DNA from: Candidatus Bathyarchaeia archaeon
GTDB taxonomy: Archaea; Thermoproteota; Bathyarchaeia; 40CM-2-53-6
Length of the DNA: 64,000 nucleotides
Reading direction: 5' to 3'
Assembly: GCA_050012795.1 (NCBI GenBank)
Contig: JBEKGM010000006.1
Coordinates: forward strand, 27,626 to 91,625
Within the stretch, counting starts at the first letter, position 1. Every line of letters starts with the position of its first letter. The translations under genes and the position numbers were made by a program. The notes below the pieces were generated by a model. The model was not told where the DNA came from. It did no database searches and saw only the letters and a list, made by a program, of their open reading frames with translations. Shown piece after piece: positions 55,949 through 63,340 of the stretch.

Positions 55949-57121
55949 TCAGCGTGAGCCCTGTCTAATCGTAGAGATGATCGGTTTACCCTCGGCGAAT
56001 CGGCTTAATCGAAATTCCCTAATATCCACTCCCGTAGTTTTCCCGCGAAGTATGAATTCTGATACGAGTCTTCCCGTTACTGGGGAAAATCTGAAGCCGT
56101 GACCGCTCATGCCCACGGCACAATAGAGCCCTTTGATTCCTGGTATTTCATCCAGAATTGGGTGCCCATCAGGACTTACATCATACGGTCCAGAGTAGCC
56201 ACCTCGACTTATCGCTGCTCCCAAGGCTGGAAATCGATGCACCACTTTCTGAGAATATTTCAGAACTGTATCAGAATCTATGCCTTCATTATAGCTATCG
56301 GGATTCATAGGTGAACCGGGGCTCTCGATCTCGCCAACCAGCGTTTGCTCTCCCTCCGGTTTCATGTAAATATCTGCCACGAAATCGTCGGTTATCATAT
56401 GTGCCTTGCCGAAGTCGGTTGGCCTCTTGAAGAGGCAGACCTGTTTACGTGTAGGCTCTATCGGAATGTTCACGTTTAACTTGGCAAGGAGTTCTCTTGC
56501 CCAAACGTTAGCCGCGCAGACTACTTTACTCGCTTTAACTGTTCCTTGATTGGTTTCCACACCGCTTACTTGTCCGTTCTCAGTCATGATTCGGTTAACT
56601 TGCACTCCTGTGAGAATTTGCGCGCCATTCTTCTCCGCCTGACGAGCGAAAGCGTTGGTGGTCTTGACTGGGTCAGCATAGCCTGAGGTGGGCTCATAGA
56701 TTCCAATCCTTACATCGTCAGCGAAAATCCTGGGTTCAAGTTCTTTCAATTCCTGAGACGATAGTAGTTGCGAGTGAGCTCCCGTTTCATTTTGGAGATG
56801 AACCGCTTCCTCGATTCTTGCCACTTGTGCAGGGCCTGCTAATCCCATCCAACCTGTCTGTGTAAATCCGGAATCCCCGCCAACGGCGTCGGCGAAGTTA
56901 TGGAAGATTCCTAAACTCTCAACAAGCATCTTCGCTAAAGGCTTGCTGACGTTCCAGACCCCCATGTTCACGATAGCGCTGGATTTACCCGTGGCTCCCC
57001 AGGCGAGGTATCCCTTTTCTAAGAGCACAACGCCGGAACTACCCATCTTCGTCAAGTGATGAGCTATGCTTGTCCCAACGCAGCCACCGCCAATAATCAC
57101 GGTTTCAGCTTTGCTTAGCAT
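55949..57121 (-). CDS. FAD-dependent oxidoreductase (DAO family; sarcosine/glycine/D-amino-acid oxidase-like)
   Basis: N-terminal dinucleotide fold VIIGGGCVGTSIAHHL and a C-terminal GHGFRFSP typical of the DAO family. Confidence 0.75.
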   Translation of the reverse strand: MLSKAETVIIGGGCVGTSIAHHLTKMGSSGVVLLEKGYLAWGATGKSSAIVNMGVWNVSKPLAKMLVESLGIFHNFADAVGGDSGFTQTGWMGLAGPAQVARIEEAVHLQNETGAHSQLLSSQELKELEPRIFADDVRIGIYEPTSGYADPVKTTNAFARQAEKNGAQILTGVQVNRIMTENGQVSGVETNQGTVKASKVVCAANVWARELLAKLNVNIPIEPTRKQVCLFKRPTDFGKAHMITDDFVADIYMKPEGEQTLVGEIESPGSPMNPDSYNEGIDSDTVLKYSQKVVHRFPALGAAISRGGYSGPYDVSPDGHPILDEIPGIKGLYCAVGMSGHGFRFSPVTGRLVSEFILRGKTTGVDIREFRLSRFAEGKPIISTIRQGSR

Positions 57122-57260
57122 GAAAAATCGAGAGGCGCTGGTAATATGAATCCTTAACCTTTGTGTTACGGTGCTACCTAGTGAAGGAATTGAACGAGTA
57201 CTCTGTGATGGCTAGGAAGTTGCGAGTTTCAGCAACATTAGCATGGAATGAAAACGAGTA

Positions 57261-58046
57261 TTAATGGGCGACCGCGCCTGCAGTTGAGGGGGCGGAGGTT
57301 AAGGTTAAAGTTGCGTTTCCAATGAACCAGAAGGGGGGCGCATACGTCGTGTCGAGGTTGTCTTCTGGTTGTTGTCCTTGGTTGAATGGTGAAACCGTAT
57401 CGAATACAGCGTTGTAGACATTCTGTCCTTGGGTCAAGTAGCTCAAAATTTGCACAGTCAAGTCGTCGATTAAACCAAACTGGAGCGAAATACTCCCATT
57501 GCAGAAGATTACGGAAGTTACTCCTGCAGTAATGAAGAATGGTGCAATCGAATTGCCGTCACTTGCAGCCAAGATTAGTACTTTGACGTCGCTTAGACTG
57601 TTTGGTTTGAAGTGTGTGATGAAGAAGTCTTCACTCGCTCCAACAATGCCAGTATGATCGTTCAAGTAGCCTGCTGCGAATTCAGCGGGATATTCCTGTT
57701 CAACTCCATCGTTATTCCTTTCACCGATATACCAATAAGTCGTGTGTACCCAGTTGAAGGTGTTAGTACGCCAAATCACGACACTATAATTATCCAAGCG
57801 ATGCAGTAAGAAATCTACAGTTATTGCCCCGTCAGCGAGATATGTAATATTATACTTGGCTTGTTTCAGGTAATACAGAAGGTCCTTTTCATAATATCCC
57901 ATCGGCACCGTCGCATTCAATGATGAGATTAGCAGAGCCTGCCCTTGGTTCCCAGAACTTGGTGGAGGAGCAGTATACAACGCGTCGGCTCCTATAGGAA
58001 CTGCGAGTACGAGGATGATCAAGACTACAGTCAACATCTTCTTCAA
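57261..58046 (-). CDS. Secreted hypothetical protein
   Basis: Signal-peptide-like N-terminus (MKKMLTVVLIILVLAVPIGADA). No recognisable motif. Confidence 0.4.
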   Translation of the reverse strand: MKKMLTVVLIILVLAVPIGADALYTAPPPSSGNQGQALLISSLNATVPMGYYEKDLLYYLKQAKYNITYLADGAITVDFLLHRLDNYSVVIWRTNTFNWVHTTYWYIGERNNDGVEQEYPAEFAAGYLNDHTGIVGASEDFFITHFKPNSLSDVKVLILAASDGNSIAPFFITAGVTSVIFCNGSISLQFGLIDDLTVQILSYLTQGQNVYNAVFDTVSPFNQGQQPEDNLDTTYAPPFWFIGNATLTLTSAPSTAGAVAH

Positions 58047-58208
58047 CCCGATGCACCGACTATCAGTCAGGGTTAAGAAAACAAAAGGGATTATCCAAAT
58101 GCCGGAGGCAAATTCACGGTTACTCCAGCGTGTAGTTTACATGACCATATACAACTACAGGCCATGTCTGTAGTTGTCATCTCCATAGTCGACGCCGACC
58201 AAGTAGCG

Positions 58209-59117
58209 CTACTGGTCTTCGACGTGTTTTCGCGCTCTTCGGCGAAGGATAATCAGAATAGTAAGCATACTCACACCCCACAGAGTGAGCAACAAAACGA
58301 GATCAAAATCTGGCGCTCGAAAAATATTCTCGAATCCTACGTCTTCATTCTTCATTTGCATACTGCTAGGATCTAACACGTAGGTCCTCGACTCTCCCAT
58401 TCTCAATTTTCCTCCAACCTTAACACTCGCAATCACATCAGCTAGACTCGAGGATTTACTTACGAATAGATCGAAAACAGTGTTCCCTCCCGCGGTAACA
58501 ATTAACACGTATACCCGTTTAGGATTCATCACGATGATTTCCTCGGTATTTCGAGAAAAAATAACTGTTGAATTCGGAATCTGCTGCACCCATTGACCTG
58601 AGAGCTGGTCAAATCCCAGTTCTTTCGAATGTTCATCAAACACGGTGAGAAAGCCTACTGCCGTGATCAGTCTTACGTACAAGTACTCGTCATGCGGCGG
58701 ATTTGGAAGGGCAGGTATGGTTTCTGAATCGGAAAGACCGTTAATGTAGACTCCCTGATCAGCCGCTCCGGGAACCCACCTGAAAACATCGCTTGTACTA
58801 TTCCACTGAAGATTCATAGACGTCTCGCCTGTACCTGGACGCGTCGGACATTCGCCGATGTACGAACAGCTCAGAGTAGCCACGGTTGCTACGTGCCAAG
58901 CCCCATCCATCGACTGGATGAATATGGGGCCAAAGGTTCCCATAGTTAGGTTGCCGAAGGTTGCTAAGGCTAAGCTGTCCAAACCCACTGCAACAAATTC
59001 AAAGGGTGAGTACCCCCACGGCAAACGACCGTTCCTAAGCGTTTCGATGAAACAAGGGCAATTGATCAAGCTTGGAATCAGCCAATCAACAGCCCCAAAA
59101 TCATTCGACATGCGCAA
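58209..59117 (-). CDS. Hypothetical protein with a C-terminal TM anchor (possibly the 3' part of a split gene)
   Basis: TTG start, C-terminal TM plus basic tail (LLLTLWGVSMLTILIILRRRARK) and no N-terminal signal. The reading frame stays open upstream across the stop of the preceding ORF. Confidence 0.4.
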   Translation of the reverse strand: MRMSNDFGAVDWLIPSLINCPCFIETLRNGRLPWGYSPFEFVAVGLDSLALATFGNLTMGTFGPIFIQSMDGAWHVATVATLSCSYIGECPTRPGTGETSMNLQWNSTSDVFRWVPGAADQGVYINGLSDSETIPALPNPPHDEYLYVRLITAVGFLTVFDEHSKELGFDQLSGQWVQQIPNSTVIFSRNTEEIIVMNPKRVYVLIVTAGGNTVFDLFVSKSSSLADVIASVKVGGKLRMGESRTYVLDPSSMQMKNEDVGFENIFRAPDFDLVLLLTLWGVSMLTILIILRRRARKHVEDQ

Positions 59118-59158
59118 CGTGTTCTCAGAACCCAGTGTTGAAATGTGCGCGTAAAATG

Positions 59159-59596
59159 TCAGTGACCGAGGAAAATGGAGAGGTTACTGTAGAACGGAGC
59201 GCGACACTGAGTAACGTTATTAGATTCTGGCTCACAAAGTTCAGGCGCGAGTTTCTTGACTCCCCAAACCTCAAATGAAAATGTTCCATAATACGTCGCA
59301 TTGAGCTTAGCGAGATCTATGACATCCTGCGCCCACAGAACCGGAACCCCTTCGGAGTCAATAATCCAAAAGTTCTGTTGAACTGAGAAACACTGCACCC
59401 ATTTCGGATGCATACAGTCATCTGGCGCACTTTCATATATCGAGGAATACGCATCTGCATTCTGAATCGTTATCCGGCTCCAAACTGAGACGATGTTCGA
59501 CGAGGGTGCGGATTGATTATCCGCTATGAGATTCATAGGGGTTAGAAGAACTGCAATCAGTAGAATTCGACCGATTCCCACTGACAACCATATCAC
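59159..59596 (-). CDS. Hypothetical secreted protein, thermopsin-like N-terminal fragment?
   Basis: Signal anchor (ILLIAVLLTPMNLIA). FSVQQNFWI...LWAQDVIDL...FSFEVWG resembles my recollection of the thermopsin (peptidase A5) motif block LQFN...YWLQDV...IDNVWN. Confidence 0.35.
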   Translation of the reverse strand: MIWLSVGIGRILLIAVLLTPMNLIADNQSAPSSNIVSVWSRITIQNADAYSSIYESAPDDCMHPKWVQCFSVQQNFWIIDSEGVPVLWAQDVIDLAKLNATYYGTFSFEVWGVKKLAPELCEPESNNVTQCRAPFYSNLSIFLGH

Positions 59597-59779
59597 AATA
59601 CGATGACTTGACTACCTATTCTTTGTGGCTAGTCAGTGTTTGGTCCAATCCCGCGAAGAAACTGATTTAACCAAAACCTACAGGCCCTACACGATCAGTT
59701 CCCACCGTCAATTACGTGAATCGTAACTAGGAACTTACGGTCGATCCGGCATAGAAGCCTATTAGCTAGAGAAGGAATG

Positions 59780-59893
59780 TGGTGCCGAGGGCGGGATTTG
59801 AATCCGCGATTTGGCCTACGAAATCCGTAGTCAACCCGGTCTTCAGCTTCACCCTACGCAGTCGGGTGCTCTCCCAGGCTGAGCTACCTCGGC
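59780..59893 (-). tRNA. Intron-containing tRNA with encoded CCA, tentatively tRNA-Arg(GCG)
   Basis: Acceptor GCCGAGG/CCTCGGC, D-arm GCTC-AGCCTGGGA-GAGC, T-arm GCGGA-TTCAAAT-CCCGC and the 3' end ACCA. At 114 nt it needs about 37 nt of intervening sequence. The best fit is the anticodon stem CCCGA/CCGGG with loop CTGCG..GA after removing a ~15-nt intron, plus a ~22-nt insert before the T-arm. Confidence 0.6.
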
Positions 59894-60114
59894 ACGACGA
59901 CAACGGAGTGCTGTCCTAGTTGCGTTGAATTAAGACTTTTTCCCCATTTCTAACGCGTTGAAGACATGGCTTTAACCAATTCTCAGTTGCAGAATTCCTT
60001 CATGTGGAATTCCGCTCCGGAATTTCCACATGTTTGTTTCGCGTCACCACTATTAGCAGAGCAAGTTCTTTGGTACGAAGGTTTTTAGGCGAAAACTGGG
60101 GAGCACAGCTCGGT

Positions 60115-60257
60115 GGGCCGGTAGATCAGCCTGGTATGAGCATCCCACGCTATTCGATGCGACTAAATCGTCCGCTTGGCATGCTATAATTGCCCGCAAT
60201 GCGGAAAGACTCATTCGTCCCGTATGGTCGCGGGTTCAAATCCCGCCCGGTCCACCA
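60115..60257 (+). tRNA. tRNA-Ala(GGC) with three predicted introns and encoded CCA
   Basis: Acceptor GGGCCGG/CCGGTCC contains the G3:U70 Ala identity pair. The T-arm is GCGGG-TTCAAAT-CCCGC. The anticodon stem TCCGC(60171-60175)/GCGGA(60201-60205) encloses TTGGCA|18-nt intron|T, and the intron segment TGCC pairs with GGCA. Extra inserts of ~28 nt after position 26 and ~19 nt in the variable region bring the gene to 143 nt. Confidence 0.75.
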
Positions 60258-60400
60258 ATTTCACACATAATTGCTAGCCAAGTTGAACCCAAGATAAGGC
60301 AAAGTAATGCGAAGACTATGCTCGGGATTCTCTCCACGACTATCCCATGGAGTGGAAGGACTCAACGGGACATAAGTAATCTCCCAATCAATCCCCGAAG

Positions 60401-61756
60401 TTAACGTCTTCGGCGGCCATACTTCCTATATGCGATCGCTACCGCCGTTGCAACTACAACGACGGCAACAGGGACGATCAAATAGTTCCCGATGGCACTG
60501 GTCAAATTCGGGAATGCCTCTTGAGACAACTTAGGCCAACCACCTATCCAATTCACAATAGTCACATCCTTAATCATCGCAGAAAGGTCAGTCACGACAG
60601 AGTTTGCGTAGGAGAACAAGAAGCCTCTGCCGTTAGCGTATCCTCCAAAGAACCAAGATCCGTTCGAAGAGGTGATGGTGAGTACGCTTGAACCTTGGGC
60701 GGCGTTTGCAATGTATGATGGAATAAGGGGAGTAAAGTCGGTGAACTTTACACCGTCATAGGATGCTGCCCATGCCGTGAGTGGTTCAGTAGTAGCTACA
60801 GCGGCTCCTCCGCCTATTTGCCATGAGACTCCGTCCCAAGCGAGCGCGTTCACGGCATTGCAACATGAGATGTAGTCCAGAGCGTGTCTGCGACCAATCG
60901 CTGCGTTCAGGTCGGGTGTGAGGTCGGTGAAATTCTGTCCGTCATACTTTGCTAAGAAACCTACGCCGCCAAGGAGCCAGTAGTCGCCGTTCCACTCAAT
61001 TGCCTGAACGGAATGAAACTGCCTACCCCTCTGCCACATTGCAGACTCCAACTGAGATGAGAGGTCAGTGAAGTTGGCTCCGTCATATCGATAGAGCACC
61101 CCTTCATTCCCCTGCCACCCTCCACCCACGAGCCAATAGTGTCCATTCCAAGCGTTCGCAAATAGTACTCCGTCCCACTGGTTGGGCACCTCGCCGGAAA
61201 GATCAGTGAAGTTGTAGCCGTCGAACAACCCCAACGCAAGATGATTTCTCACCTTGCCTGCTGATGGGGACCCCCAACCTGACGGTAGCCAATCACTACC
61301 CAAACCCGAGAGCAACCACTCGCTACCGTTGTAGCTGGCTGCGAATACGTCTCCTCCATGCCAAGATGCTTGTGCACTCCACAGCCGCAGAGTTCCTGCC
61401 ATAATCTGACTCCGTCCGTCGTAAAGATAGATGTACGGATTAGAGCCATTCGCGCCACTGGTCGCCCCCCAGCCTGAGATCAACCATTGCGAACTATTCC
61501 AACTACCAGTCCATACTACCCCAGAAGCGGGAAGGGGGATTAACGGAGTCAATGAGTTATTTGATAGGAAAATTCGGTACAATCTAGGAGACTGACCCGG
61601 CCGAAACCAAGTCCCATTCTGGCCTCCCACGAGAACATACTGATCGTTTGATTTGGCCGCAAACACTGAAACTTGAGTTATCGAGATAGGGGCTGGAGTC
61701 AATGCGATGAGGACAGCCGCGATCATTACAAGCACAGTCGAGGAGCGTCGTTCCAT
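60401..61756 (-). CDS. Secreted, C-terminally anchored beta-propeller-like repeat protein
   Basis: Signal peptide, then about 7 repeats carrying a W-(L/F)-(L/V/I)-x-G-G core (QWLISGWG, EWLLSGLG, YWLVGGGW, YWLLGGVG, SWQIGGGA, SWFFGGYA). A C-terminal TM and a KYGRRRR tail follow. Confidence 0.5.
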   Translation of the reverse strand: MERRSSTVLVMIAAVLIALTPAPISITQVSVFAAKSNDQYVLVGGQNGTWFRPGQSPRLYRIFLSNNSLTPLIPLPASGVVWTGSWNSSQWLISGWGATSGANGSNPYIYLYDGRSQIMAGTLRLWSAQASWHGGDVFAASYNGSEWLLSGLGSDWLPSGWGSPSAGKVRNHLALGLFDGYNFTDLSGEVPNQWDGVLFANAWNGHYWLVGGGWQGNEGVLYRYDGANFTDLSSQLESAMWQRGRQFHSVQAIEWNGDYWLLGGVGFLAKYDGQNFTDLTPDLNAAIGRRHALDYISCCNAVNALAWDGVSWQIGGGAAVATTEPLTAWAASYDGVKFTDFTPLIPSYIANAAQGSSVLTITSSNGSWFFGGYANGRGFLFSYANSVVTDLSAMIKDVTIVNWIGGWPKLSQEAFPNLTSAIGNYLIVPVAVVVVATAVAIAYRKYGRRRR

Positions 61757-61962
61757 CTACCGCAACACCGATCCTATGTGATGCCTTTCTCTTGCTTTGT
61801 TCCAATACGTTAAGGATTATTCTTTCAATCTATGCCCGAAATACGATCAGTCAGCAGCCTTTTCATGTGGGTGGGTCGGCTGGACCACTACCAAAGAAAA
61901 TAATGAACGAAAGTTCAATTTTGAGTGCCCGCACCAGCATACCCACCCCCCCAGGACTTAAA

Positions 61963-62157
61963 GACGATTACAACAACAAGATGGAGAGAATGCCAATTCT
62001 TTCAGGCATGCAAATCTTCCACAACTACATACGCCCACATGAAGCCTTGAAAGGTAGAACCCCAAGCGAAGCCGCTGGAATTAGAGTTGAGGGAGAGAAC
62101 AAGTGGATAACTCTAATACAAAACGCCCGTCAAATGAACAAAGAGAAGATTGGGTAA
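61963..62157 (+). pseudogene. Remnant of an IS6-like DDE transposase (C-terminal fragment A)
   Basis: DDYNNKMERMP|ILSGMQIFHNYIRPHEALKGRTPSEAAGIRVEGENKWITLIQNA is the N-x-x-E-R catalytic-Glu block fused directly to the C-terminal tail. The rest of the transposase is missing, and the upstream part of the ORF (61792-61960) is unrelated. Confidence 0.55.
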
Positions 62158-62662
62158 TCCTGATCGCATAATTCCGCTAACTCGTCTTCCAGAAGGTCTG
62201 CGACTCTGCGCTCAGAACATAAGAGATTTTGTTGTTGATGCTGAACAACTTCTATCGAAAGGACACGACTATCACGCCGTTGCGCTCGCAATTTTCGCAT
62301 TTGAAGAACTAGGAAAGTACAGTGAACTGAAGAAGTTGGGTGAAGAAGCGACTAAGACAGGCACCACCAATGTAACGGTGAAAGATGATCTCTTTAGACT
62401 GCATGACTATAAGCAGAACATTGCCAAACAACTTCTACCCGTCGACACAATGATTCTGATTCCCGCGTACTTTTCTGACATATACTTTAGCCCGAAGTAT
62501 TTTAGAACAAAAGCGGTGAAGGTAGAACCAAGTCTAAGACTAGAATGTGTTTTTGTCGATTGGATAAATGACGATTGGCGCTATGGAACACCACACGACA
62601 CCGAACGACTCAAGAAATTCCTAGGTGCCATCATAGATGCACTAAACAAGTTGGGTGGATAA
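62150..62662 (+). CDS. AbiV/HEPN-like protein (candidate abortive-infection/RNase-type defence protein)
   Basis: 170 aa with a TTG start. N-terminal helix pair AEQLLSKGHDYHAVALAIFAFEELGK resembles the AbiV family signature as I recall it. An Rx4H motif (RYGTPH) lies near the C-terminus. Confidence 0.4.
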   Translation: MGNPDRIIPLTRLPEGLRLCAQNIRDFVVDAEQLLSKGHDYHAVALAIFAFEELGKYSELKKLGEEATKTGTTNVTVKDDLFRLHDYKQNIAKQLLPVDTMILIPAYFSDIYFSPKYFRTKAVKVEPSLRLECVFVDWINDDWRYGTPHDTERLKKFLGAIIDALNKLGG

Positions 62663-62778
62663 CAGGAACCTTAGACCATCTCCCTAGACTTTACAGCGAG
62701 AATCATCTCCCGTACTCTTGACAGAATCCGATAGTCCAAAACGCAAGTCATAAGAAGACTCAGTAATCCTCTTCGATC

Positions 62779-63102
62779 ATGGAAATCAGTCTAGTAACGC
62801 ATAATCTTAACCTAGCTGCAGAAATGTACAACGAGGTCAATCAGAAAAGGAAATTTGGCGCGGAAGTGAACGCCAAAGTTGGAAGGAGCCTTGCGGGTGA
62901 CAGCGTAGAAGCACCCCTAATCACACAATTGATATTGAGTGTTTCAAGCGAAGTGGCAATAGGTCTGTTCGTCAATTGGTTATACGATCGACTGAAAGCA
63001 GACAAGAAAGCTATACTTACAATCGAAAGAACAGAAATAGAAATAGACAAAGGAGAAATTACCCGAATACTCACCGAGAGATTAGAGAAGCGTGTCCCGT
63101 GA
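62779..63102 (+). CDS. Small hypothetical protein with one hydrophobic helix
   Basis: 107 aa. Central hydrophobic segment (PLITQLILSVSSEVAIGLFVNWLY) and a charged C-terminus. No family recognised. Confidence 0.35.
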   Translation: MEISLVTHNLNLAAEMYNEVNQKRKFGAEVNAKVGRSLAGDSVEAPLITQLILSVSSEVAIGLFVNWLYDRLKADKKAILTIERTEIEIDKGEITRILTERLEKRVP

Positions 63103-63148
63103 GTTAACAGAGAGAATTTTGTCCCGTCATGTTAACAGCACCGACACG

Positions 63149-63307
63149 CCCATTCTGACAGGGATGCAAATCTTCTACAACTACGTGAGACCACATGAAG
63201 CATTGAAAGGCAGAACACCCTCTGAAATGGCTGGAATAGAAGTGCGAGGAAAGAACAAGTGGCTGACCATAATTCAGAATGCGAGTCGCAAAACTGCGAA
63301 ATGTTAA
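63149..63307 (+). pseudogene. Remnant of an IS6-like DDE transposase (C-terminal fragment B)
   Basis: PILTGMQIFYNYVRPHEALKGRTPSEMAGIEVRGKNKWLTIIQNASRK parallels fragment A at both protein and nucleotide level, in the same orientation. Confidence 0.55.
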
Positions 63308-63340
63308 ATTTGCTTCTGCCGCGCTCCATCTTGGCCAATT

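Noticed and set aside
60004-60189. 61-aa ORF between and over the tRNA genes.
   Set aside because: It overlaps the 5' half of the tRNA-Ala gene and the palindromic spacer, and shows no coding features.
61792-61960. Treating the whole 121-aa ORF 61792-62157 as an intact small transposase or regulator.
   Set aside because: Only the last ~65 residues resemble a DDE transposase tail. The N-terminal part is unrelated, and the catalytic DD region is absent, so it is called a remnant.
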